NCBI RefSeq assembly: GCF_000392435.1
Contig: NC_021219.1
Span: 840,001 to 872,000, forward strand
Direction: 5' to 3'
Origin: Candidatus Saccharimonas aalborgensis
GTDB taxonomy: Bacteria; Patescibacteriota; Saccharimonadia; Saccharimonadales; Saccharimonadaceae
Length of the DNA stretch: 32,000 nucleotides
A program made the position numbers and the translations under genes. Of the stretch, positions 8,290 to 16,781 are shown piece after piece; the first letter of the stretch is position 1, and each line of letters begins with the position of its first letter. The notes beneath the pieces were generated by a model. That model saw only the letters and a program-made list of their open reading frames with translations, did no database searches and had not been told where the DNA came from.

Positions 8290-8840
8290 TGGGCCTTTCG
8301 AGTGTGAAACGTACCTTACGCCGTCAAGGTCTCACCAAACCAGAGAGCAAATGGAAACGCTTCCGTCCACACATTGAGCGACCATAGGTTAATGTACCGG
8401 GTACGCTCGTCGAAGGGGATACAATTCACTTCGTACGCTCCGACGGTACGCGTTTGTATGTGCTGTCATTCATTGAACTATTACTTACGAGCTACTTACG
8501 CTGAGTACTCACTTCGCCGCAACCAGCAAGCTGGCCACCAGTTTGTGGTACGAGCACAGGATTTTCTAGGCATTAACTTCTCTATGTTCCAGACAGACAA
8601 TGGGGGTGAATTTGGGACGTAACTCCATGACATACTTTAGTCGAAGGGCATTCCCCTTTGACACACGAGGCTCCATCACCCGAACGACAATACTTACATT
8701 TGAACGGTTAGCCGAATTATCCAGCAAGAATGCCGATCTTTACTTGTTAACGAACAGCGAGTACCAGACAAGGTTGGCTGGTACTCGGCTCTATTATAAC
8801 TGGCATCGCCAAATAGCCATCGAGAGCAGGAGATAGATTG
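8290..8840 (+). mobile_element. Degenerate rve/DDE-type transposase (IS481-like) remnant
   Basis: Pieces in different frames: GLSSVKRTLRRQGLTKPESKWKRFRPHIERP*VNVPGTLVEGDTIHFVRSDGTRLYV, then AQDFLGINFSMFQTDNGGEFGT*, then HPNDNTYI*TVSRIIQQEC, then YYNWHR. This is the order of the transposase catalytic core, with multiple stops and frameshifts. Confidence 0.85.
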
Positions 8841-9025
8841 TCCAGGGCTAGGTTGTAACAGAGGTTCGAACCGATACTTAGATAACGTCAAACAAAAGCA
8901 ATACCGTATGCATAGTAGGGCGTAGCAAAGCGCAGTTAATTATGTGATACCGGCACTCTTGTTGTAGTCACGATTAGATAGTATAGTTAGATTTGTAAGT
9001 TCACTTTAACTAACAGGAGGGTATT

Positions 9026-10732
9026 ATGGCAATAGAACAAAAATATTTAGACCAAGCGGCAAACGACCTATTCTTCGCATATGATGATTCGTTTGGATAT
9101 GCAGGCTTACCCCGGCCTACCACGACATATGACAGTGTTTTGGCCAGAGCCGCAAAGGAAGGTTCCACGAGCCAAAGCAAGGCCGTGTCGCTCATGCAAG
9201 AATATGCAGCATTGTTACAAAAGGAGGCAAATGATCCTAACACGCCGACAGGACCAACATCGTATGAGCTAAAAGAAGTAGACATATACGGGGTAAAGTA
9301 TTATGTGCTGAAGGACGATCCAAATCCTCATGTGGCATTTCGTGTCGACATCCCCGGCAAATTGATCATAGGAAATGCAATCCCTGGCTCGGGAAGCGAT
9401 GATGGTTATGCTCTTAACAATAATGCCGACCTTATTAACAACTATTTAAATAATAGTGCTATAGATGAACGAGATAAAAAGGTTGTTGCGCAGCTCATGG
9501 GCATTAGGCGGCCCACAGAAGCAGACATATTCAGGGCTGAAACTATCAGGAGTTATGGGGGTCTTACGCCAGGGGCCGCTGAGGAATTTGATCAAAATTT
9601 CTTCAACCCTGCCGCTGGGATTACGGAGGGAGTGCAAGAGAGACATGACGAAAAATTCGCATGGTGGAAGGAGGCGACAAATATGGAAAATGCGCAGTCC
9701 GAAGAAGAACTGCCGCTATACGCTCAATACGATCTGAAAATATTTGACCTCAACAATAAAATTGAGCTTTGGAAAGATCGTCCGGACGCGTTCCCTATCG
9801 AGGAAATAAATGCAGACCTGCAAGAGATGAAAAGGCTACAAGGCCTCTACGCTGCTACCCCAAAGCCAGATGTATTTAAGGATGAGGCGTTTAATTATGC
9901 TGCGACAGCAGGCTCCTCCTCAGGCGGCTCATCACCCGCGCCCACAGAAACAAATCCGAATACAAATACTACAGAGAATCCAAAAGATAGCACCGCTGAC
10001 GGCAATGTGCAAACTAACATCTCAAATAACTCCGTCACCGAAGATGATACCTTGACGGGGGGTGTAAAACCAGATAACCAAACGGGCTCAACATCAGACT
10101 CAGAGTCAGGTCCAGAAAAATCTGCCACACCCGCAACGCCTGCTACACCTGCGGTGACGTCGTCTAACTCATCAGGCAACTCTAATTCTAACAGCTCAGC
10201 CGATGAAAGTACTCCTTCTCGCCGCGACAAGAGTACTTCGAATAGTCACAAAGGTGCAGCTGCTGCGAGTAACACAGATGTTGCTGAGGATAGCAACGCG
10301 AGTATCGCTGGCGGTACCTACACCGTGAAAAAAGGCGACACTCTGAGCGAGATCGCACAGGCACACGGCATGGACTACCATACGCTGGCGAAGATAAATG
10401 GTATCGCCAATCCAAATTTGATTCACTCAGGTCAAATCATACGCATCGGCGATGGAGGGAGTGTTCCTAAGGAAGACCTATTGACCAGTACTCCAAGCGC
10501 GGGTACCTACACCGTGAAAAAAGGCGACACTCTGAGCGAGATCGCACAGGCACACGGCATGGACTACCATACGCTGGCGAAGATAAATGGTATCGCCGAC
10601 TCTCACTGGATCCATCCCGGACAACAGATAAGATTTAGTGATAGCGCAAGTGGTGGTCTAGGGGGCAGTACGGGAGACAATACCCTGCCATCCGGTGAGA
10701 TTGGTATGGTTCAGTACACAGATAGACAATAG
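9026..10732 (+). CDS. LysM-domain protein with two C-terminal LysM repeats and a low-complexity linker (568 aa)
   Basis: ggagg RBS upstream of ATG; GTYTVKKGDTLSEIAQAHGMDYHTLAKINGIA...GQ.IRI twice; Ser/Asn/Thr/Pro-rich linker; no obvious N-terminal signal peptide. Confidence 0.9.
   Translation: MAIEQKYLDQAANDLFFAYDDSFGYAGLPRPTTTYDSVLARAAKEGSTSQSKAVSLMQEYAALLQKEANDPNTPTGPTSYELKEVDIYGVKYYVLKDDPNPHVAFRVDIPGKLIIGNAIPGSGSDDGYALNNNADLINNYLNNSAIDERDKKVVAQLMGIRRPTEADIFRAETIRSYGGLTPGAAEEFDQNFFNPAAGITEGVQERHDEKFAWWKEATNMENAQSEEELPLYAQYDLKIFDLNNKIELWKDRPDAFPIEEINADLQEMKRLQGLYAATPKPDVFKDEAFNYAATAGSSSGGSSPAPTETNPNTNTTENPKDSTADGNVQTNISNNSVTEDDTLTGGVKPDNQTGSTSDSESGPEKSATPATPATPAVTSSNSSGNSNSNSSADESTPSRRDKSTSNSHKGAAAASNTDVAEDSNASIAGGTYTVKKGDTLSEIAQAHGMDYHTLAKINGIANPNLIHSGQIIRIGDGGSVPKEDLLTSTPSAGTYTVKKGDTLSEIAQAHGMDYHTLAKINGIADSHWIHPGQQIRFSDSASGGLGGSTGDNTLPSGEIGMVQYTDRQ
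10313..10408 (+). repeat. LysM-encoding exact 96-bp repeat, unit 1
   Basis: Identical to 10502-10597 (offset 189 bp = 63 codons). Confidence 0.95.
10502..10597 (+). repeat. LysM-encoding exact 96-bp repeat, unit 2
   Basis: Identical to 10313-10408. Confidence 0.95.
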
Positions 10733-10757
10733 CCCTTTACTTGCTTGGTGATCGGCT

Positions 10758-10794
10758 ACATACCCCAGCAGCACATATGTGAGCTGGGGTATGT
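10758..10794. terminator. Bidirectional terminator-like hairpin between convergent genes
   Basis: acataccccagc (10758-10769) is perfectly complementary to gctggggtatgt (10783-10794), a 12-bp stem; lies between convergent CDS ends at 10732 and 10831. Confidence 0.8.
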
Positions 10795-10830
10795 TATTTC
10801 ACAGTCTGGTCCCGGACCGATAAGGGTATT

Positions 10831-13047
10831 CTACTCTTCGCGTCGTTCGTGGTGGAATTCTACAACCACTTCGTCTGACATACTTAGGTCCGTCTCAGAA
10901 GAGCGCCCTGTAGTCTGATCGCTACTATGTGGCACAAAGAATACATCCCTTGAAGGCATCTCGACGTCTGACGAACCTATCTCTTGAAATACCTGTATGG
11001 TATTTGTCTGTCGTGCTTCAGGAACCGCCATATCCTGAATACCTATTTGGGTGTCAACTGCATTTGGAAGAACATAGCTCTTTTCATCAACGATTTCCTT
11101 CTCTGCTTGCTGAATAGCAATTCCTTCCAGTAGGGTGAGATAGTAATCTAGGCCGCCTAGCTCATTGACATTGGTTAGCGTGCCATTGTCTAATACATAA
11201 ATTGTATCCATGAGTGACAAGAGGGCTTTTCGGTGGGTTACCATGAGAACGGTTTTGTTGGTCACGATTCTCGATAAAGCGTCGCGAATATAGTTCTCAC
11301 TTTTGACGTCGAGGGCGGCGGTCGGCTCATCTAAACAGAGGATAGGAGCATTTTTAATCAGTGCACGTGCTATTGCCACCCGCTGTCGCTGACCACCGCT
11401 CAAAGAAGATCCGTTCTCGCCAACGAGCGTATTGATCCCAAGAGGTGTCTTAACAAGAAACTCGAGCACGTTAGACACTTCTACAGCGTTCATCACCTCT
11501 TCTGAGGTAATCCGCCTGTAGACATCGCCGTCATAAATATTTTCTGCGATGGTTCCACTAAAGAGCTGCGGGGTCTGGCTCACCCAAGAGATCTGACGTC
11601 TTAATTCTTGCAAAGAGAAACTCTGTGTGTCGTACCCGCCCAATAAAATACGTCCCTGGTCTGGCTCAATAAATAAAGGTAGCAGCTTTAAGACTGTGCT
11701 TTTTCCACCGCCACTTGGTCCAATAATTCCTACCTTTTCGCCCTCTCTGATTGTGATATTTAAATTCTTAAATATATCTTTCCCACCATATGAGTACGAG
11801 ACATTGTCAAACTGGATAACCGGGCGGATGCCCGCAGGAATATGGTCACCCTTTCTTAGAAATTCAACACCTTCATGGTCGCTTAGCACCTCATAGATAC
11901 GACTAACGTCAATCTCCTTTTGATACCGTGTGGTTATCTTTTTGACTAAGTTCTCAACTGGTCCTAGTAGGTACCCCATATACGTCATAAAGATGAAAAG
12001 TTCGCCAAATGTCATTTTCCCCTGCATGGCCTCGGTGCCACCAAAATACATCACTGTCGACGTTGCGAGGATCACAAGCAATGAGTTTGAATTCTCCAAA
12101 AGATTACCCCAAATAAGATTCTTACGACTTGCTTCGTAGCTGGCTCGCCAGTAGTTATCAACCTGCAATAGTTGCTTGTCTTCCAACGTAAAGGTCTGAA
12201 CCGTCTCGGCATTGTCAACGGCTTCATTGATTGAACTTGCTGTCTTGCTGTTAAGTTCAGTTAACTGTCTCGAGTATTTACCAAGATGCGGACCAATAAG
12301 TTTCATCGTAACGTATAGCATGGGCATGAGAACAACTGACACAATGGTCAGCCGTGGATTAAACGAAAACATTATGGCTAAGACGCCCATTATCATAATG
12401 ATCGAGCCGATGATAGATGAGGTCGTGTCAAGAACTAGGTCGGATAAACTATTTGTGACGACGTTTTGACGATAGACGTAGTCACCTTTTGCCAGGCGTT
12501 GCTGGTGAAAAAGTGGTAAATGCAATATGTGTAAAAAAGACTCGGTTTTAATTGAACGATTCAATGAAAAAGCAACTTTTTGAAGATGCATCGCACTAAT
12601 CCAGTTAAAGGCAGCACCGAAAAGGAATATCAGGATGGACATTATCGCCGTGTATGCAATCAGTGCGGGCTCACCAGTATAAGCTGTCAGCGGCCAAGGT
12701 GCAGGGATCGACCCAAATGCTGAATCGGCCATGATCTTCATAGGCCACGGTTTGAGCAGTGATATACCCGCGCTGATCGTTGTGACTATAACTACAGTTA
12801 CTACGCCTTTTGTTGCCTTTTTTTGGTATTTTTTTAGCCAAGTTTTGAAGTCAGTTTGTACTGTTCTCTTGACATTTACCTGCAGCCATGCATCAACTGC
12901 TGGATTGACCAATTCTGCGGGCCAGCCAATATCAATCAATACATCAGCCACCATATTTGGTTTCACACCACTTTTGACGGCCATGTCAACAGCTTGGAGT
13001 AACTGCGACATCACCTCATATTCTTTGTCCGCACCCCTTTTTTTCAT
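10831..13047 (-). CDS. ABC exporter, fused transmembrane and ATPase domains (MsbA/LmrA-like, 738 aa)
   Basis: Walker A GPSGGGKSTV, signature LSGGQRQRVAIARAL, Walker B ILCLDEPTAALD, ABC_membrane-type TM region; about 80-aa extra N-terminal segment and a C-terminal extension. Confidence 0.9.
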   Translation of the reverse strand: MKKRGADKEYEVMSQLLQAVDMAVKSGVKPNMVADVLIDIGWPAELVNPAVDAWLQVNVKRTVQTDFKTWLKKYQKKATKGVVTVVIVTTISAGISLLKPWPMKIMADSAFGSIPAPWPLTAYTGEPALIAYTAIMSILIFLFGAAFNWISAMHLQKVAFSLNRSIKTESFLHILHLPLFHQQRLAKGDYVYRQNVVTNSLSDLVLDTTSSIIGSIIMIMGVLAIMFSFNPRLTIVSVVLMPMLYVTMKLIGPHLGKYSRQLTELNSKTASSINEAVDNAETVQTFTLEDKQLLQVDNYWRASYEASRKNLIWGNLLENSNSLLVILATSTVMYFGGTEAMQGKMTFGELFIFMTYMGYLLGPVENLVKKITTRYQKEIDVSRIYEVLSDHEGVEFLRKGDHIPAGIRPVIQFDNVSYSYGGKDIFKNLNITIREGEKVGIIGPSGGGKSTVLKLLPLFIEPDQGRILLGGYDTQSFSLQELRRQISWVSQTPQLFSGTIAENIYDGDVYRRITSEEVMNAVEVSNVLEFLVKTPLGINTLVGENGSSLSGGQRQRVAIARALIKNAPILCLDEPTAALDVKSENYIRDALSRIVTNKTVLMVTHRKALLSLMDTIYVLDNGTLTNVNELGGLDYYLTLLEGIAIQQAEKEIVDEKSYVLPNAVDTQIGIQDMAVPEARQTNTIQVFQEIGSSDVEMPSRDVFFVPHSSDQTTGRSSETDLSMSDEVVVEFHHERREE

Positions 13048-13273
13048 TACTGCTTATTATATCACTCTACTCCGCAAGAGGTATAGTCAAAATTTAGCCT
13101 ATCTACAACTCATATTGCCTGATGGTTTAGCCCTAATTTGACATAACAGATCGTTTGTATCCGAGCGGGCGCTTAGATATGAGTGCTAAGTGCATATCTG
13201 TAAGGACCACAACATAATAAGATTAGACTTACTGATACAGAAAAAGACCTTTCTGTGAAAGAAAAGTCTCTTA

Positions 13274-13292
13274 TGGTGATCCCACCGGGAAT
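13274..13292 (-). repeat. Second detached copy of the tRNA-Glu 3' end
   Basis: tggtgatcccaccgggaat identical to 13439-13457 and 13584-13602. Confidence 0.9.
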
Positions 13293-13401
13293 ATCTAAAG
13301 ATGTAAACTATCCTCACTCGGAAAAATAAGCAAGCTGATTTTTCTCTCATTTCGTCGGTTTATCGAACCCTCCAGGTTCGGTTTCCTGACGGAAACCAAC
13401 C

Positions 13402-13439
13402 AGAGAAAAAACACCACCGTAGGGTGATGTTTTTTCTCT
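13402..13439 (-). terminator. Terminator-like hairpin directly after a tRNA-Glu 3'-end copy
   Basis: agagaaaaaacaccac (13402-13417) versus gtgatgttttttctct (13424-13439), 15/16 canonical pairs and 1 wobble-type mismatch, loop of 6; T-rich arm in minus orientation. Confidence 0.75.
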
Positions 13440-13457
13440 GGTGATCCCACCGGGAAT
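13439..13457 (-). repeat. Detached copy of the tRNA-Glu 3' end
   Basis: tggtgatcccaccgggaat identical to 13584-13602 (tRNA-Glu 3' 19 nt, plus-strand text). Confidence 0.9.
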
Positions 13458-13542
13458 ACTAGAGTATATTGCGCCGTCGCAGCAAGCTGCCGGGCAATAG
13501 CGAACCGCGAGACGGGTTTGATTCCTCCGAGTAGAACTCGGC
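13452..13542 (+). repeat. Copy B of the ~90-nt intergenic repeat
   Basis: gggcaatagcgaaccgcgagacgggtttgattcctccgagtagaactcggc; see copy A at 8162-8253. Orientation is relative to copy A. Confidence 0.8.
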
Positions 13543-13543
13543 A

Positions 13544-13584
13544 AAGAAAAATCGCCTACCCATGCGGGGTAAGCGATTTTTCTT
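13544..13584 (-). terminator. Factor-independent terminator of tRNA-Glu
   Basis: aagaaaaatcgc (13544-13555) pairs with gcgatttttctt (13573-13584), plus a 5-bp inner stem; T-rich 3' arm in minus orientation. Confidence 0.85.
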
Positions 13585-13658
13585 GGTGATCCCACCGGGA
13601 ATCGAACCCGGATTGCCAGGATGAGAACCTGGTGTCCTAACCGTTAGACGATGGGACC
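13584..13658 (-). tRNA. tRNA-Glu(CUC) with encoded CCA
   Basis: Minus strand GGTCCCATCGTCTAACGGTTAGGACACCAGGTTCTCATCCTGGCAATCCGGGTTCGATTCCCGGTGGGATCACCA; full cloverleaf can be drawn, anticodon CTC in loop TTCTCAT. Confidence 0.97.
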
Positions 13659-13695
13659 AATGCTGCTATATCGTAGCAAAAACAGAGGTGTTTGT

Positions 13696-14091
13696 CTAGC
13701 CATTTGCGGGGGTCGCGGGCTCAAGTGATGTAATCACTTCGAGGAGCTTGCGCGGGGTAATTTCTGCCTTGATAAGATATCCATCGACATCGTGTTCCAT
13801 CGCGGTACGGGATTCCTCATCTTGGTCAAAGTTGGTCATAACGAGGACATGCGTACCAGGAATAAGGTCTTTGCCTTCCCCCCTCAAAGCACGCAAAATA
13901 TCACTTCCGCGCATTTCTGGTAGCATAATATCGAGAAGAATGAGGTCGTAGCGGCGGTTGCGTGCCGCGACAAGCCCGTCGTTGCCATCAACCATCCAGT
14001 CGACAGTATAGCCGGCATGTTGGAGGCTACGAACATACATTTCGCCGATAAATCTGTCGTCCTCGATGCACAAAATAGTCTTGATAGCCAC
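13696..14091 (-). CDS. Stand-alone response-regulator receiver domain protein (CheY-like, 131 aa)
   Basis: ILCIEDDRFIGEMY...YDLILLDIMLPEMRG...VLVMTNFD...GYLIKAEITPRKLLEVI. Confidence 0.9.
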   Translation of the reverse strand: MAIKTILCIEDDRFIGEMYVRSLQHAGYTVDWMVDGNDGLVAARNRRYDLILLDIMLPEMRGSDILRALRGEGKDLIPGTHVLVMTNFDQDEESRTAMEHDVDGYLIKAEITPRKLLEVITSLEPATPANG

Positions 14092-14096
14092 TCGAT

Positions 14097-15644
14097 TTAC
14101 CCCTTATACATTGAATGATTTTTTATCCAACCGCTCCCGCTATTGATGAGACTGGCATTGGTATGGTCGTTTGCCTGTAGTTTGTCAGCGACGGATGCGT
14201 AAATAGGAACGGTAAAGGTAAAGACAGACCCTTGGCCTTCGCTACTTTTCACTCCTATTGTACCACCGTGGGATTCGACAATTGCCTTACAAATGTAGAG
14301 ACCAATTCCTGTCCCGGCGACTGTTTCGCGCGAACGGTGGCTGCGGTAAAACTTGTGAAACAGATTGCCCACGATACTTGCAGGGATGCCTATGCCGTGG
14401 TCTTCAACCCATACGTTGACGAAGTTTCCTTCTACTGCGGCGCCAAGCGTTACAACACCACCTTCATTGCTATATTTTAGAGCATTGTCAATCAAGTTGG
14501 CCATCACTTCGCTGAGGCTTGAGCGATCAGCGGCAACGGTTGGAAGGTCTTGTGGTAGTGTAACAGAGAGAAGCCGACGTTGAGACTGAGCGCGCATGCG
14601 CATATCGTCACTAATTGTGTCGTAGATAGCGGCAAGTGAATCTTCGGCGAGGTGGATTTTCATGTGTCGACGATCAAACTTCGACGCGTTGAGGATATTA
14701 TTGATGTAGCCGCTGAGACGGTTTGCCGAAACAATCAGTCGCTTGATAAGCTCTGCTTGGTCGGGCTGTAGTGATGCGCCGAGCTCAATGTCCAGCACGT
14801 CGAGGTAACCTCGAATTACAGTGATGGGCCCACGTAGTTCATGAGCGGCAAAGGCAATGAAATCCAGCTCATCATCTTCTGGTTGATAAATATCCGTACG
14901 ATCAAACATCACCATCACTATCTCGGCCGCACTCCCCTTTTCGTAGGTGGCGGTGATATCAAAAATTCGTCGATCCTCCTCGCCGACAATTTTACTCGGT
15001 ATATGTAGCCATGATTTTTCGGCATGAACCGCCGTATCATGGCAGTCTTTGAGCCACTGTGTTAGTTCACCCTCCTTCTCAAATAGCAACTCCAAAACAA
15101 GTGAATTATCGGTCGTGCGGGTAACAGGTGCATGCTTATTGGCGAACTGTATCTGTCCCATGCTATCGAGTACAACAATACCCGCAGAGGTCTGGTCAAA
15201 GGCTTGCTTGAGACGTGTTGTGTCATCTGATAGGGATGAAGATTGTCGCTCGACAGGACCACCCGCTTCGGCTGCCGACTGATAGATATACTGCAGGAGC
15301 GGCTTGAAACCATCTCGCTCAAAATGTTTTGCGTTTGGATTTGGTGGCACAACGTCGCTTGGTTCACCAGAAACATGTGTTAGTGCTGCGGCGAGGTCTT
15401 TGAGGGGAATCAGCAGGTTCATTACCAAAATGTAGTTTAAGCTGAAGGTGCTCGCTGAAGTGGCAATCAGTACAATCCAAAAGGCTGCCGATGTGCTAGA
15501 AAACCCAGCAATAAGGAGCGACATTGCGACACAGATGACGATGAGGGTTTGCATACCGAGCGTCACCATAACGGCCGTGTTTCGGTATTTTGGCCAGTAT
15601 GCCTTAATAAGCGGCCGAGAAGTCCCTTTGGGCTCTACTGCCAT
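14097..15644 (-). CDS. Membrane sensor histidine kinase with PAS-like domain
   Basis: H-box FAAHELRGPITVIRGYLDVL, N-box ANLIDNALKYSNEGG, G-boxes EDHGIGIP and GTGIGLYICKAIVE; two TM segments. The supplied ORF starts at 15683, but ATG at 15644 (MAVEPKG...) has a good ggaggtg RBS. Confidence 0.9.
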   Translation of the reverse strand: MAVEPKGTSRPLIKAYWPKYRNTAVMVTLGMQTLIVICVAMSLLIAGFSSTSAAFWIVLIATSASTFSLNYILVMNLLIPLKDLAAALTHVSGEPSDVVPPNPNAKHFERDGFKPLLQYIYQSAAEAGGPVERQSSSLSDDTTRLKQAFDQTSAGIVVLDSMGQIQFANKHAPVTRTTDNSLVLELLFEKEGELTQWLKDCHDTAVHAEKSWLHIPSKIVGEEDRRIFDITATYEKGSAAEIVMVMFDRTDIYQPEDDELDFIAFAAHELRGPITVIRGYLDVLDIELGASLQPDQAELIKRLIVSANRLSGYINNILNASKFDRRHMKIHLAEDSLAAIYDTISDDMRMRAQSQRRLLSVTLPQDLPTVAADRSSLSEVMANLIDNALKYSNEGGVVTLGAAVEGNFVNVWVEDHGIGIPASIVGNLFHKFYRSHRSRETVAGTGIGLYICKAIVESHGGTIGVKSSEGQGSVFTFTVPIYASVADKLQANDHTNASLINSGSGWIKNHSMYKG

Positions 15645-16744
15645 GAGACACCTCCGGTACCATTTGGCACTGCGGCGATCCACGTTTGACCCCTAATGAG
15701 TGGGACTGCTTGACCAGAGGCGTCGAGTAACTCGAGTGGGCTACTTCTGCTCTTTTTGCGCCAGGTACATTCTGTCGCTATGCCATTTTGGAATACAACG
15801 GCGCTGCCGGTTCCCGACGTCGTGATACTTTCTCTGTAACCGTCTTCAAAGACGAGTGACATATCAACTTTCATTGCCACTACCACTGATGGTGCAATGC
15901 GTCCGAGCTCACGATCATTACTTGGTCCGCCAGCGACCGAGCGAAGGTAGGTGTTAGAGGTAGCATCGTAGGTGTACGCTGTATTGTAGAGAGGGCCGCT
16001 GATGTTGATAGTGACCGAGTTTGCCGTTGGACTCGCTGCAGGTTTACCGTCCACTCTGGGAAAGCTTGTGAAGTTTGATGTCGTATAGCCTTTGGTGGCA
16101 TTGAGGGCATCGAGACGCTCAAAATTTGTGTATACGTTGTGCGGTGGGTAGCGGTCACTGGCGCGCCAGTAAGAACTGCCATTGAAGAACTGATCGATAT
16201 CGCGGTAGGAGCCATTTCTGACTTCTTGGAGCGCGTACTGACTGCCTCCGACATGTGCAACACTTGCCTGGTAGGGCGCCAGCCAATCAACATAATAGAG
16301 TCGAACACTTCGTACGGGCCCGATAAGAGTCGGTTTTTGTTGCTGATAGAGCGCCAAAAAACGCGTGATTCCCCCCTCGGCCACCGCCTCATAGACGACG
16401 CCAGCGGATTTGAGTCCTGATTGTGGGCGTGCATCGGGGCTGTTTTCAATCATGATTGCTGTCACTGCCTGTTTTGTCGCCTGCTCGGACTCAACTTTCT
16501 CACCTGTGAGCGGTGAATAATACACCACAGGCGGAGCAGATTTTTTTGATGGTGACGGGGCGGAGGGAGTTGTATCGGACTGGGCTGGCTGTTGCGACAT
16601 CATGAATGCAGCAACACCACCGACCAGTATGATACTCACAACCCCCGCAAGAACAATACTGCGAGTTCGGTGAGTTCGGAGCCATTGGATGATGCGTGCA
16701 GGTGTTTTTTTGTGTGGCTCGGGCGCATAATACGTCGGTTTCAT
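15635..16744 (-). CDS. DUF3048 (YerB-like) domain-containing membrane-anchored protein (369 aa)
   Basis: N-term TM; MIENSPDARPQSGLKSAGVVYEAVAEGGITRFLALY...IGPVRSVRLYYVDWL...YPPHNVYTN. Confidence 0.88.
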   Translation of the reverse strand: MKPTYYAPEPHKKTPARIIQWLRTHRTRSIVLAGVVSIILVGGVAAFMMSQQPAQSDTTPSAPSPSKKSAPPVVYYSPLTGEKVESEQATKQAVTAIMIENSPDARPQSGLKSAGVVYEAVAEGGITRFLALYQQQKPTLIGPVRSVRLYYVDWLAPYQASVAHVGGSQYALQEVRNGSYRDIDQFFNGSSYWRASDRYPPHNVYTNFERLDALNATKGYTTSNFTSFPRVDGKPAASPTANSVTINISGPLYNTAYTYDATSNTYLRSVAGGPSNDRELGRIAPSVVVAMKVDMSLVFEDGYRESITTSGTGSAVVFQNGIATECTWRKKSRSSPLELLDASGQAVPLIRGQTWIAAVPNGTGGVSWQ

Positions 16745-16781
16745 GCTTACGCTTAGTATAGCAGAGGGGGGTATGCTAACG

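Noticed and set aside
8254-8290. Inverted repeat caaacacccct...agaggtgtttg as a standard terminator
   Set aside because: The stem is imperfect and no clear T-tract follows on either strand; it is kept only as context for the copy A repeat.
8136-8387. 83-aa ORF as an independent gene
   Set aside because: Its N-terminal half is translated from the repeat element and hairpin, and only the C-terminal part is a transposase fragment.
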